DNA of 64,000 nucleotides from Malacoraja senta (GCA_038087875.1 JAXLNO010004395.1:62001-126000); one strand, 5' to 3'. Shown: positions 47,786 to 61,279, counted from the stretch's first letter. Notes: generated by a model not told the origin, from the sequence alone. Numbers and translations: made by a program.

Positions 47786-49404
47786 TAGTGGCTTGCAAAA
47801 GTATTCATACCCCTTGAACTTTTCCACATTTTGTCACGTTACAACCACAAGCGTAAATGTATTTTATTGGGATTTTATGTGATAGACCAACATAAAGTGG
47901 CACATAATTGTGAAGTGGAAGGAAAATGTTACATGGTTTTCAAATTTTTTTACAAATAAAAAACTGAAAAGTGTCGCGTGCGAAAGTATTCAGCCCCCTT
48001 TACTCTGATACCCCTAAATAAAATCCAGTGCAACCAATTGCCTTCAGAAGTCACCTAATTAGGAAATAGAGTCCACTTGTGTGTAATCTAATCTCAGTAT
48101 AAATACAGCTGTTCTGTGAAGGCCTCAGAGGTTTGTTAGAGAACATTAGTGAACAAACAGCATCATGAAGCCCAAGGAACACACCAGACAAGTCAGGGAT
48201 AAAGTTGTGGAGAAGTTTAAAGCAGGGTTAGGTTATAAAAAAATATCCCAAGCTTTGAACATCTCACGGAGCACTGTTCAATCCATCATCCGAAAATGGA
48301 AAGAGTATGGCACAACTGCAAACCTACCAAGACATGGCCGTCCACCTAGACTGACAGGCCGGGCAAGGAGAGCATTAATCAGAGAAGCAGCCAAGAGGCC
48401 CATGGTAACTCTGCAGGAGCTGCAGAGATCCACAGCTCAGGTGGGAGAATCTGTCCACAGGACAACTATTAGTCGTGCACTCCACAAATCGGGCCTTTAT
48501 GGAAGAGTAGCAAGAAGAAAGCCATTGTTGAAAACCCCCCATAAGAAGTCCCATTTGCAGTTTGCCCCACAAGCCATGTGGGGGACACAGCAAACACGTG
48601 GAGGAAGGTGCTCTGGTCAGATGAGACCAAAATTGAAGTTTTTGGCCTAAATGCAAAACGCTATGTGTCGCGGAAACCTAACACTGCACATCACCCTGAA
48701 CACACCATCCCCACTGTGAAACATGGTGGTGGCAGCATCATGCTGTGGGGATGCTTTTCTTCAGCAGGGACAGGGAAGCTGGTCAGAGTTGATGGGAAGC
48801 TGGATGGAGCCAAATACAGGGCAATCTTGGAAGAAAACCTGTTAGAGTCTGCAAAAGACTTGAGACTGGGGCGGAGGTTCACCTTCCAGCATGACAATGA
48901 CCCAAAACATACAGCCAGAGCTACAATGGAATGGTTTAGATCAAAGCATATTCATGTGTTAGAATGGTCCAGTCAAAGTCCAGACCTAAATCCAATTGAG
49001 AATCTCTGGCAAGACTTGAAAATTGCTGTTCACAGATGCTCTCCATCCAATCTGACTGAGCTTGAGCTATTTTGCAAAGAAGAATGGGCAAAAATTTCAG
49101 TCTCTAGATGTGCAAAGCTGGTAGAGACATACCCCAAAAGACTTGCAGCTGTAATTGCAGCGAAAGGTGGTTCTACAAAGTATTGACTCAAGGGGGCTGA
49201 ATACTTTTGCACGCGACACTTTTCAGTTTTTTATTTGTAACAAAATTTGAAAAGCATGTATCATTTTCCTTCCACTTCACAATTATGCACCACTTTGTGT
49301 TGGTCTATCACATAAAATCCCAATAAAATACATTTACGTTTGTGGTTGTAACGTGACAAAATGTGGAAAAGTTCAAGGGGTATGAAAACTTTTGCAAGCC
49401 ACTG
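47786..49404 (+). mobile_element. Tc1-like DNA transposon (IR/DR type), full length, 1619 bp
   Basis: TA TSD, ~212-bp TIRs with internal AAAGTATTCA repeats; the empty site is present in copy A. Confidence 0.95.
48165..49186 (+). pseudogene. Tc1 DD34E transposase with one frameshift (~48566)
   Basis: Paired-like HTH, GRPP, ARRKP, WSDETK, QHDNDPKH and SPDLNPIE. An apparent 2-bp C insertion splits it into 161-aa and 202-aa ORFs. Confidence 0.93.
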
Positions 49405-49507
49405 TATAGTGCATTTTAAACATTTATTGATCAATAACAACATTGTAATGATTTTATTATCTAAATTAAACTAGCACTGTTCACATCTAATTAAAAAGTA
49501 ATAAAGT

Positions 49508-51741
49508 AACATATTATCCTCGAAATTCCAACTATCAAGGGGAAATAGACAACGATGCTCATTATCACCACAGCTGTTTGCTCTCATTATTGAACCGCTA
49601 GCAGAAAAAATTAGAATACACCCTGATATCCATGGATATAATACTAAAGTCTCATATAATAAAATATCTTTATACGCGGCTGATATATTACTGTACATTA
49701 CAAAACCTCAAATCACTATACCAAATATATTAAATTTAATTGAAGACTTTGGATCTTTTTCTGGATATAGAATAAATTGGAATAAAAGTGAAATTATGTC
49801 AATAAAACCGAAAGATTCAACACATCTTTTAAAATTCCCTTTTAAAATAGCTACAGAAAAATTTAAATACTTGGGAATCGAAATTACCAGAACATATCAA
49901 GGTATGTTTAGGGCAAATTTTGACCCCCCTACTTAATAAATTAAACACACTAATTAAATTCTGGAAAACGCTACCGATGTCTTTAATAGGCCGAATAAAC
50001 GCAATAAAAATGATCTTTCTACCACAAATTTTATACCTATTTCAATCGATTCCTATATACTTACCAAAGAATTTTTTTAAAAAACTCGACTCAGATATCA
50101 CTAATTTTATATGGGACTATAAATCACATAGAATACAAAAAACTCATCTGAATAAACCTAAAGTATTAGGGGGTTTAGCACTACCTAATTTTATGTATTA
50201 TTATTGGTCAGTAAATATTAAAAATATGATTCAACTGATGGATAACTCCGCCCAGCAAGTAGACTGGATTGTAATGGAGAAAGAGGATTGCTCCTCTAGA
50301 AACATTGGAGCGATCCTCCTTTCTCCAATGAAATTGAATAACATAAATTATAATAAGAACCCAATTATTCATAGTACAATCTGAATTTGGAAACAAATAA
50401 AACAAAATTTAAAATTAAGAAATTTATCACTTTTATTACCTATAGTTAATAACCCTTCGTTTAATCCCTCTATTATAGATAAAGCTTTTACACATTGGGA
50501 TAGACTAGGAATTAAAACGCTTGGTGACTTGTATGAAACTGGAAAATTACTTTCATTTCAACAATTACAAATAAAATATAAACTTGGAAATAATCAATAT
50601 TTTAAATATTTTCAAATATGCGACTATTTGAAAAAATATACAAAAGATCATTATAATAACCCAGTAGATGTATTGGACGAGGCAATGCAGATAAAAGCTG
50701 AATCAGCAAACTTAATATCATATTTGTATAATATTATCTTAAATGTACAAATACCATCTACGGAGGGTATCAGAAGAGACTGGGAACAAGAGTTAGCTAT
50801 TAAAATTTCAAAGGAAAGTTGGAATGAACACTTATTAAACGTGCATAAATGCTCGATTAATGTAAGACACACTTTAATACAATTTAAAATTTTACATAGA
50901 TTATATTATTCGAAAACTAAAATTCATAAAATTTTCCCAAATGTATCATCTATTTGTGATAAATGTCAATCCCAAGAAGCTACTATAGCGCACTCATTCG
51001 TTTTCTGTACAAAAATTCAAAAATTTTGGAATGAAATTTTTGAAATCTTTACAAAGTTATTTAAAACAAGACTGATACCCAAAGCAGAATGGATTATCTT
51101 CGGAATAACGGAAGATGGTCCAGAACTAAATGTGTTTCAAAAGAAACTAATGGACTATGGGTTAATAACTGGAAAAAAGCTAATTCTAAAATTTTGGAAG
51201 AAGGCTCCAATACCAACTATAAATATGTGGATTTCAAATATGTTTGAAACATTACACCTAGAAGAGATAAGACTCCTCCTAGCAGGTAAACCAGATCACT
51301 TCCACCTGACGTGGTCTGCATTTATAGAATTATTACAAATATAGGGTGCAAAAGTACTTTAAAAAAAAATTTGAGGTCAGGTAAGGGGGGATGATAGTTG
51401 AAGAGTTGGTATGTCCCATTTACGTAATGCTCATAGAAATATTTGTTTCTCTCTTTTTCCTCTTTCTCTTTCTCTTTCTTTTCTAGGGTCTATTTCTTAA
51501 CTCTTTTTCTTTTGTTTTTAATTTTGCTCTCATAGGGTCTTCGTCCTTTTTTGTTGTCACATTTTCTACACTTTCACTTTTTCCTTCACTTTCTTCTTTC
51601 TTTCAATCTTTTCCTTTTCTAGTGTAAAAAATAAATGGAGTACATTAATTGTAAGAAGATATAAATGACAAGTACTAATGTATGTGGTTGTAATGTAATG
51701 TACTTCTAATAAATAAAAATTAAAAAAAAAAATAATAATAA
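49508..51741 (+). mobile_element. 5'-truncated L1 (second subfamily)
   Basis: RT C-terminal half, Cys-rich CDKC...HSFVFC, A-rich tail, TSD TAATAAAGT; absent from copy A. Confidence 0.92.
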
Positions 51742-52056
51742 TAATAAAGTTTTAGATTTATCTATTTATACAGAGGATGGATGTGCTTAAAATGATCAAT
51801 GAAAAATCATTAAGTTCATATTAGCATTGAGGTATTGAGATTTTATCTGCAGCATTTAATTAAGAATTTAAAGAATCAAGTACGTCAGAAATAGATGACT
51901 ATTTGCAGTGTAGAAGTCAACAAGGCCATTTTCTTATGTTGATGATTGTTATTATGGCAAATAAAAGTGAACCCATTTATAGTTGATAAAACTTCAAAGG
52001 TTTTAATCTTTGCTGATATTTCAATGATAACTGAGAGTTTAATTTTCTCTCTCTCG

Positions 52057-52094
<38 letters not shown>

Positions 52095-52657
52095 CTCTCG
52101 CAACAGGTGCTGCTACTTCAGACTGATAATGGGGTCGGTTATGGCACCACTGTTGGTCTTTTGTGTAACTAACTACTATCAGAAAATTAGCTAGATGCCC
52201 AAGGAAGAAGATAAGAGACCTTGGCCAGGATCAGCCTATCTTGCTTCCACTGTTCCTACATTTGGATGAGTGAGTTAAGGGTGCCATATGAATAATTTTG
52301 ACCATAAGATATTGGAGCAGAATTATGCCTTTCAAGTCCATTGAGTCTACTCCACCATTCAGTCATGGCAGATCAATTTTTACTGCTAAATCCCATTCTC
52401 CAGCCTTCTCCCTGTAACCTTTGTCACCCGTACTAATCAAGAACCTATCAATCTCTGCTTGAAAAATATGCAATGACTTGACCCACACAGCTGTTTGTAT
52501 CAATGAATTCCACAGATTCACCACCCTGTGACTAAAGAGATTCCTCCTCATCTCCATATTGAAGTTAGGTATTTTTATTATGAGGCTGTGCTAGACTCTC
52601 CCATTACTGAAAACTTCCTTTCCCATCAACTAACCAGGCATTTCATTATCTGGTAGG

Positions 52658-55602
52658 CAGGGCCGGATTTACATATAAACTGGACAAGCTTCAGCTTAGG
52701 GCCTGGAGATCTAGGAGGGGCTCGCAGAGCCGGATTTACCACTAGGCTTCATAGGCTGAAGCCTCGGGCCCTGAAATATAGGCGGCCTCCGGCCAAGGCA
52801 GGACACCAGCCGTTCAACTCTGGGCGGCCCCCCTCTCTATCTCCCTTTCTCTGTCTGTCACTCTCCGTGTCCGGGTCTCCACTCTCCGCTCGCTCCTCAT
52901 CCGCCGGCACGGCCGGCCGCCTTGTACATGCGCACTGCTACGACCAGCACATCCTCCCCTGCACATGCGCACAACCACGGCCAGCACATCATCAGCCGCC
53001 CTGCGCATGCGCACTGCCACGGCAACTGGTCAGCGCTGGGCACTTTCTCCCTCGCTTTGAATTGTGGGAGATTTGGCCGCCATTGCTGCCTCGCCGCAAC
53101 CGCTGAAAACTAACACAGAATCACTCCCTGACCCTGGATCAGGAGTATCTCCCTGGAGTAACTCTCGCTTCTGGTTTCCTGATCCTCCATAAACATTCTA
53201 AAAGGAATTTAAACTGGAGGTGGTACAGGGCTGAACAATAACAGCCTATTGCATTTTATCTGTTTATGTATTGTATATATATATATGGTCTATGGTATAT
53301 AAACACACTGAACTTTTATCTCCTGTTCTGTATTATGTTCACATATTCTGTTGTGCTGCAGCAAGCAAGAATTTCATTGTCCTATCTGGGACACATGACA
53401 ATAAAACTCTCTTGATTCTTGACTTGGACTTAAGCAAAAAAGGGTTCTTGGGGAAAAAAAAGGTACCTTAAATTTAGTTGCGTCTGGTTGGGTAACTATG
53501 GTAGGGTGAAGACTATTCCATGCTTTAATTGTGCGGGGGAACTCCACGGAGCAGCCAGCAACTCAGGATAGAAGAAATTGGGTGACGTTTCGGGTAGATA
53601 AACTTCTTTAGACTCCCTCTGGTTTTAGTGTCTTTAGTTTAATTTAAAGATACAGCGTGAAAACAGGCCCTTCAGCCCACCGAGTCCACGCCGACCATTG
53701 ATCACCCATACACTAGTTCTTTCCCACACATTAGCGAAGTAAGTCAAGAGTCAAGAGTGTTTTATTCTCTCACGTCCCAGTTAGAACAATGAAATCCTTA
53801 CTTGCAGCGGCACAACAGAATATGTAACCATAGTACTCTGTAAACAATGTTATAAACGAGAAAACAAAACGTGTATATTTATATATGAATATATAACTAT
53901 ATAAATATATATGTGTGTGTGTGTATAATATATATACCCACACACACACACACACACAATTTCCCTCCTGGGATTAATAAAGTTCTATTGTATAGTATCG
54001 TGTGTGTAGGAAGGAACTGCAGATGCTGGTTTAAACTGAAGATAGACAAAAAAGCTGGAGTAACTCAACAGGTCAGACAGAATCTCTGGACAAAAGGAAA
54101 ATATTACGTTTTGGGTTGGGTCTGAAATAGGTTCCTGCACGCCTTTGGAATGTGGAAGGAAACAAGAGCACCCGGAGAAAACCCATCCGATCAAAGGGAA
54201 AAGGAGCAAACTCCATACAGACAGCACCCATATTCAGGATCAATTCCGGGTCCCTGGCACTTTTAGGCAGCAACTTTATGGCCAATGTACAGTCCAATAG
54301 TCTTAAACTTAATTAAAAGGACAAGTGTAGCATTTCCTGCAGTTGCAAGAGAAAGTGCCAGGAGAGGGGGTGGTTTGGGTGGGAAGGGATGAATTGACCA
54401 GGGAGTTACGGAAGGAGCGGTCTCTATAGAAAGCCAACAGGGGAGGAGATGGGAAGATGTGGCCAGTGGTGGGTCCCATTAGTAGACAAAAAAGCTGTAG
54501 AAAATCAGCGGGTGAGGCAGCATCTGTGGAGCGAAGGAATAGACGACGTTTCGAGTCGAGACCCTTCTTCAGATTGATGTCGGGGGGGGGGAATGACATG
54601 AAAAAGAAAGGAAGAGGCGGAGACAGTAGGTTGTGGGAGAGCTGGGAATGGGAGGGGAAGGAGGGAGAAAGCAAGGACTACCTGAAATTAGAGAAGCCGA
54701 TGTGCATAGCGCTGGGGTGTAAACTAACCAAGCAAATATGAGGTGCTGCCCCTCCAATATGCGGTGGGCCTCACTCTGGCCATGGAGGAGGCGCAGGACA
54801 GAAAGGTCGGATTCGGAATGGGAGGGGGAGTTGAAGTGCTGAGCCACCGGGACATCAGGTTAGTGATTGCGAACTGAGTGGAGGTGTTGTGCGAAGCGAT
54901 CGCCAAGCCTGCGCTTCGGTTGATCATACGCTGAATAATCCAACCACATTTTTGTTTGGAAGTGGAAAGAAATAATAGAAATTGCATTCATTGCAACGTG
55001 TAAAAAGAGTTGAGATACAGTATTATAATTTTGCTGCATGTCATTGTGGTATATATCATGTCCTGATTGGTGAATATGTTTAGTTTGTAGCTTTATTTAA
55101 AGCAGAAATAATATGCGAGTGCTTCATTGAGTATAATTCCGACAGGTAACTATGCACTTCGTCCAAGCACATTATCGCACGCGCCATGCAAGCTGTCTTA
55201 AATAACCACCTAAACTGTCATTTGGCAACTTAAAAGCTGCCAAGGTTGCCCGGCTGACAACAGAGAAAAAAAATTAAGTGAGAGCCCTGCAAGGTGTATG
55301 GGCCTTTCTTACATATGCTGTCACAACGCACTGTAGTCTCTAAACAACCCTTCAGTAATTTTCCTTGCCCTCCATTTCAGAATAATAGTGTTTTAAGCCA
55401 ATAACTCGACACTAGCACAGGCAATAAATAAATAAATAAATAAAGCCCAGCTTTCCAGCCCCTTATCTCATTGGCCACGCTCGGCTGCAAATCGGTGTCA
55501 ATCTGGTGGACCATCTTCCTCTAGTCGTGGGGGTGGGGGATTGGGGCGGGGGGCTCACAAGTGGAACAGTTTAGGGCCTCTCTTCATCTAAATCCGGCCC
55601 TG
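52658..55602. mobile_element. Non-autonomous hAT (Tip100-like), copy B
   Basis: Same TIRs as copy A; TSD CTGGTAGG/CTGTTAGG. Confidence 0.92.
54545..54572 (-). ncRNA. Minimal hammerhead core (G-U wobble in stem II)
   Basis: CTGAAGAAGGGTCTCGACTCGAAACGTC. Confidence 0.5.
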
Positions 55603-56786
55603 CTGTTAGGTTTCAATGAGATTCCCCCCTCATCCTTCTAAATCCCACGAGCACAGGCACAGAGACTTCAAACATTCCTCATACGTTAAATCAATCATCC
55701 CCAGGACATACTTCCTCTGGACCCTCTCCAAAGCCAGCACATCCTTTCTAATATGGAGCCCAAAACTGCTCACAATATTCCAAATGTGTCCTCACCAGTG
55801 CCCGATAAATCCTCAGCATTATATCATTGTTTTTATATTCTAGGCCCCCCGAAATGAATGCTGGCATTGCATTTGCCTTACTTACCACCGACTCAATCTG
55901 CAAATGAACTATTTGGGAATCCTGCACTAGTACTCCCACTTTGTAGCTCAAATAGTCTATGTCTTTATTCCGACTGCCAAAATGTAAAACCAGACACTTA
56001 CTACACTGTATTCCATTTGGCTCTGCTTTGCCCACTTAGTGGAACTGCTGCCTTACAGCGCCAGAGACCCGGGTTCAATTCTAACTACGGGTCCCGTCTG
56101 TACAGAGTTTTGTACCTTCTCCCCGGGACTTGCGTGGGTTTTGCCTGGATCTCTGGTTTCCTCCGTCAGTCCAAAGACATACAGGTTGGTAGGTTAATTT
56201 GCTTGGTATAATTATAAATTGTCCCCTAATAAGTGAGATAATGTAAGTGTGCAGGGATCGCTGGTTGACGCAGACTCGGTGGGCTGAAGGGCCGGTTTCT
56301 GCGCTGTATCTCTTAAACTAAAACCACATTCCATTGACTATCAATAATTCTGGGCAATTAGATAACCACAAATTAATAATGGGTGGCACAGTGGCGTAGC
56401 GGTAGAGCTGCTGCCTTACTGCACCAGAGACCTGGGTTTGATACTGACTACAGGTGCTGTCTGCAAGGACATTGTATGTTCTCCCTGTGACTGCGTGGGT
56501 TTTCTCCGGGTGCTCCGGTTTCCTCCCACACTACAAAGACATACAGGCTTGTAGGTTACTTGGCTTAGGTAAAATTGTAAATTGTCCCCAGTGTGTTGGT
56601 TAGTGTAAATGTACGGGATGATCACTGTTCAGCGTGGACTCAGTGAGCTGAGGGGCCTTTATCTGCACCATATCTCTAAAGTTTAAAGTCTAAATGCACA
56701 GCTTAGTTAAGAGTGTGTTGAGGCTGTTATCTCAGTCCAGGAGGTTTATTGTCTCAAGTGATCAGACTCATTGACTTGCCACTTAC

Positions 56787-56986
56787 CCTGTGGAACATTG
56801 ACTCCCTGCAGCAGAGTTGCATGTTCGATGTAACAGGAGAATTTTGCCACATTTTCTCTACTCAGTTGAATTGTATTCTTCAGCTGGTAAGTCCCATCCC
56901 AATTGGGCAACAGATCACTGGATTCAGACTCGTGGACCCCCTCACCATCTCTCAGCCACGTTACATCGATGGCCTGTGGGTAGAAG
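56787..56986 (-). pseudogene. MHC class I-like alpha3 exon, copy B, 5'-truncated
   Basis: FYPQAIDVTWLRDGEGVHESESSDLLPNWDGTYQ...VPQ G|gtaagt. The first Cys and the acceptor are replaced by a hAT end. Confidence 0.9.
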
Positions 56987-58512
56987 CAGGGCCGGCCTTA
57001 GGAGGTGCGGGGCCCAATTGGGAAAAATTTTCGTAGAAATATAAATAAATAATTATAAATGAGTCACGTGCCGTGAGTAACATGACAATTCGGGGTAGAG
57101 TTCCTTTCACAGCGTGTGGGTCTAGCCAGGGGTAAAGTTGCGAGGAGGGAAGGAGCGTTGAGAAGGAGCGGGTCGGGTTCATGCCAGTAACACTCACTCA
57201 CTGCTGCCGCTGCGCTCCGGGCGCGGAGCCACCGCATTGTGGCCGGGGAGGGAAGCAGCTCGCGTGGCTACGAGCGGCCTCCATCACCGGACAGCGGAAC
57301 CGACTGCCATCTCAGCGCCTTCTGCCGGCCCGCTCACCTCTGGCAGTGCTCTCCGTCTGAACAGTGAGGGGACCAGCTCAAGAGCAAAGATCATAGAGCA
57401 GAGTGGGTCAGCGGGTGATGGATAACATCACACCGGGCGGTGGAGCTTACTCCTGTGTCAGCGCGAACAAGGGATCAATTGAGGTTACTCGCCCTGACAT
57501 ATGGAGTAAGCTCCACTGCCCGCTGTCCTGTTATCCATCGCCCACTGACCCGCTCGTGTTGGATGATCCCCGGTCGACCCCCTCCTTCTCAAACCTCCTG
57601 CCCTCCCCACAACTTTATCCATGGACAGACTACCCACACGCTGTGAAATTAACTCTCTCTCCCCCCCCCCCCCCAGCAGCGCTGTCCTTTTACAGCCGCT
57701 TCCCACTTTACAGCCGCTTCCCATCAGCTGCTAGCAATGAGGGATAGACTTGGCTATACCTCAGTACAGCAACATCGTCCTTGATGTTGCTGTACTGAGG
57801 GATAACGAAGTCTATCTTTCTTGGCTAATAACCTAACCTTCGGCCTCCAAGATGCGGTTACATTTTCCAGCAATGTTACAAAATTTTGAGATTTTTAAAA
57901 TCAAGTCTGCAATTTTCTCTAACTCTGAAATTGGAGATAGACAAAAGCTGGAGTAGCTCAGCAGGACAGGCAACGCAGCGACTCTGGAGAGAAGACCCTT
58001 CTTCAGACTGAACTGAACTCTCGTCGGTGAGAGTACTTGTGATTGTCTGAAGAAGGATCTCAACCAGAACCGCTACCCTCTCCCCAGAGCCCCTGCCCGT
58101 CCCGCTGAGCCACCAGACAGGGAGTTGAAGGTAGACACAGGGAGGTCCACCTTCAACTTCAGAGCCAAACAAAAAACACAGAGTGCTGGAGGAACTCAGC
58201 GGGCAAGACAGCACCCGCGGAGGGAACATATCACTTATCAGGAGCCGCCACGGGCCAGGACTCTTCCCCCCCTCCCCCCAACAGAAAGGAACCGCAGATG
58301 CAGCCATCACCGCACAATGTCTAAGAAGGAACTGTAGATGCTGGAAAATCGAAGATAGACAAAAATGCTGGAGAAACTCAGCAGGTGTGAAGCCCTGTCC
58401 CACTGTGCAAGTTCACCCAAGAGCTCTCCCGAGTTTTAAAAAAATCAAAACTCGTGGTAAACACGTAGAATGAACGTAGCAGGTACGTCGGAGCTCGGAA
58501 CGTTTCAAAAGA

Positions 58513-59145
58513 CAATAAACAATAGGTTCAGGAGCAGGCCATTTGGCCCTTCGAGCCAGCACCACCATTCAATGCGAACATGGCTGATCATCCACAATCA
58601 GTACTCCGTTCCTGCCTTCTCCCCATATCCCCTGACCCAACTATATTTAAGAGCCTATCTAGCACTCTTGAAAGCATCCAGAGAACCTGCCTCCGCCTGA
58701 GGCAGAGAATTCCACACTCACCACTCTCTGTGAGAAAAAGTGTTTCCTCGTCCCCGTTCTAAATGGCTTACCCCTTATTCTTAAACTGTGGCCCCTGGTT
58801 CTGGACTCCCCCAACATCGGGAACAGGTTTCCTGCCTCTAGCGCGTCCAAGCCCTTAACAAATCTTATATGTTTCAATGAGATTTCCTCTCATCCTTCTA
58901 AACTCGAGAATCTACAAGCCCAGCTGCTCCATTCTCTCAGCATATGGCAGTCCCACCATCCCGGGAATTAACCTTGTAAACCTACACTGCACTCCCTCAA
59001 TAGCAAGAATGTCCTTCCTCAAATTAGGGGACCAAAACTGCACACAATACTCCAGGTGCGGTCTCACTAGAACTCTGTACAACTGCAGAAGGACCTCTTT
59101 GCTCCTATATTCAATTCCTCCTGTTATAAAGGCCAACATGCCATT
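58513..59145 (-). mobile_element. CR1 3' fragment nested in the Harbinger-like element
   Basis: GMLAFITGGIEYRSKEVLLQLYRVLVRPHLEYCVQFW. Confidence 0.88.
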
Positions 59146-59851
59146 TCTTAGCGCTAACGGCAGGTACTCGGGAAACGTGGTAACTCGTGAAGATTTTTCA
59201 ACGTTGAAAAATGTCCACATGTAAAATATACTCAGGATGAAAAAAAATTATACTTTTTAACACGTAGTCATACCGTAGTAGCTCGTGAGTTTACCGTAGT
59301 AGGACCTGGTGTTCTATATCACTATTGTATGTTCATGATGGAAATAAGAATACTCTGTATATTCATTACCTTTGAATTGTAGTTTTATGTAATCCTCCCA
59401 TAATTTCTGAGTTCCATTTCACAATATCTATCAGACATACAGAATGTTGCAAGGTAATGTCTTGCCCAAACTCAGTTGTATCTTTCTATCTCAATAAATA
59501 TCACAAAATATGCCATTGTTTCATCCACATTATGACAAAATATAGAATGTAGGTTATTTGTTATCAGTCACCCCATCCCAGAAACAACAGTACTTAAAGA
59601 ACATTTGTTTTACTAATTTACGAGCATGTACCATAGGTTGATCCATATCCAACAAAATGTTGTGATAATTGCATAAAAGGTATTATTGTCTAAGAAATTT
59701 GGTGTGGAATGATAATCCATCTCAGTACTCATTTAGGCAAGTCCCAAGCTATAGATACTTTTCCCCCACCCCCAATCCCCCTCGCCCGATCTTCATTGAA
59801 TCTACCATTTGACTAATCTTTTACTCAGCTGCTGTAACGTTTCCTTCCTAT

Positions 59852-60514
59852 CAAAATCTCTGTAGCATCTCTGTCCCTATCTTCCAATTCCCACTTTGAA
59901 ATAAAATACAACTTTCGACAAAAATTTCGCAGCAGGATCGCTATATAAATACAAATATATGGTATATTATCCTAGCACCCCCCCCCTCCTTACCACCACA
60001 CAAGAAGCGTAACTTGAGGCGTTTACATTTGGAGAAGTTTGATACGGACCAGGAATGAAAATTAATAGCTATGAATCGATTAACAGCGAGCTACGCGGTG
60101 AGATTGAAACACCTGTCAGAGGGATAAGAAACAATCCTGAGTTGACGGCGTATTGTTTTAAGTGAGCATTTTGCAGCGACCTCACCATATTCTGGTTAAA
60201 TATTCTTTCCACGGATATCTCCTATTTCACTTTGAAATTATATTCATTTATAACTGTTTGTAACATCAGTAACCACCTTAATGTTCGTGCGTTTAGTACT
60301 GGGTATGCTTGAAACTATTTATTGTAATGTACTGTATCTTTAAAAAAACAACTATATCAACCAGGTGTGAAAATTACACTGAATCGAACGATGATTGGAA
60401 ATGCATGGGAATCGACTAATCGCGATCCTGCTGCAAAGTTTTAAAGTCGAAAATTGTATTTTATTTCAAAGTGGGAATTTGAAGATAGGGACAGAGATGC
60501 TACACAGAGATTTT
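59852..60514. repeat. ~90-bp inverted repeats enclosing ~480 bp (MITE-like)
   Basis: 59852-59941 matches the reverse complement of 60422-60514 at roughly 90% by eye. Confidence 0.75.
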
Positions 60515-60610
60515 AAACTCGGGAGAGCTCTTGGGTGAACTCGCACAGTGGGACAGGGCTTGAGGCAGCATCTATGGAGCGAAGGAATTAGCCAACGTTT
60601 CGGGCCGGGT

Positions 60611-60638
60611 CTGAAGAAGGGTTTCGACCCGAAACGTT
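60611..60638 (+). ncRNA. Minimal hammerhead core (GUU triplet)
   Basis: CTGAAGAAGGGTTTCGACCCGAAACGTT. Confidence 0.5.
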
Positions 60639-61279
60639 GCATATTTCCTTCACTCCATAGAGGAGGGGGGGGGGGGGAGGGGGTCAGACAGACTGCGCAA
60701 TGACAGGGGGGATCCCAGTGTGAGAGTGAGTCACCACCTGCGTACAGCGTTCCCACATCCCTCTTCTCCACCAAGCAAGGCACACTCCTCTCTCCCCTCT
60801 GCCCCCTTCCTTCCCTCCCTCATCCTCCCCCCCTCTCTAAAGGAGGCAGAGGGAGGGGGAGGGGGAGGGAGGTAGTGAGAGGGAGATCTAAAGGGTAACT
60901 GGTTTTGGTCTCTAATCACCTTACAAAGGGCAACCAACAGGGGTGGTGAGGCAGGAGGGAGAACTCTCTCTCTCTCTCTCTCTCTCTCCCGTTCTCTCCC
61001 CCTCCTCCCCCTCTCTCTCTTTCCCCCCTTCCTCTCTCTTCTCTCTCCAATTATCTCTCTCTCCCTCTTCCTCTCCCTCTCCCTACCCCCCCCCCACTCC
61101 TCTTCCCCCAGCCACGTTTATATCTGAAGTTCACCCCACGAGTGTGTGTGTGAGAGCCGAGCAGTGTGAGAGCCGAGCCGAGACTCTGCTCCGTGAGCTG
61201 CTCGTATTGACAGTAATCGTATCCAACTCTTAACTGAAAACGAGTGGTTTGCAAACTGAAAATTCCCTTCGCTCTGTCT

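Larger units (their letters stand above)
46462..56986. repeat. Tandem segmental duplication, copy B
   Basis: Starts at the same CATGTTCACCACAG as 38784; carries private Tc1 and L1 insertions. Confidence 0.95.
58391..60560. mobile_element. PIF/Harbinger-like non-autonomous element nested in a Penelope repeat
   Basis: TIRs AGCCCTGTCCCACTGTGC(A/G)AGTTCACCCAAGAGCTCTCCCGAGTTT and 3-bp TSD TGA. The host repeat AAACTCAGCAGG-TGA-GGCAGCATC rejoins across it. Confidence 0.85.
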
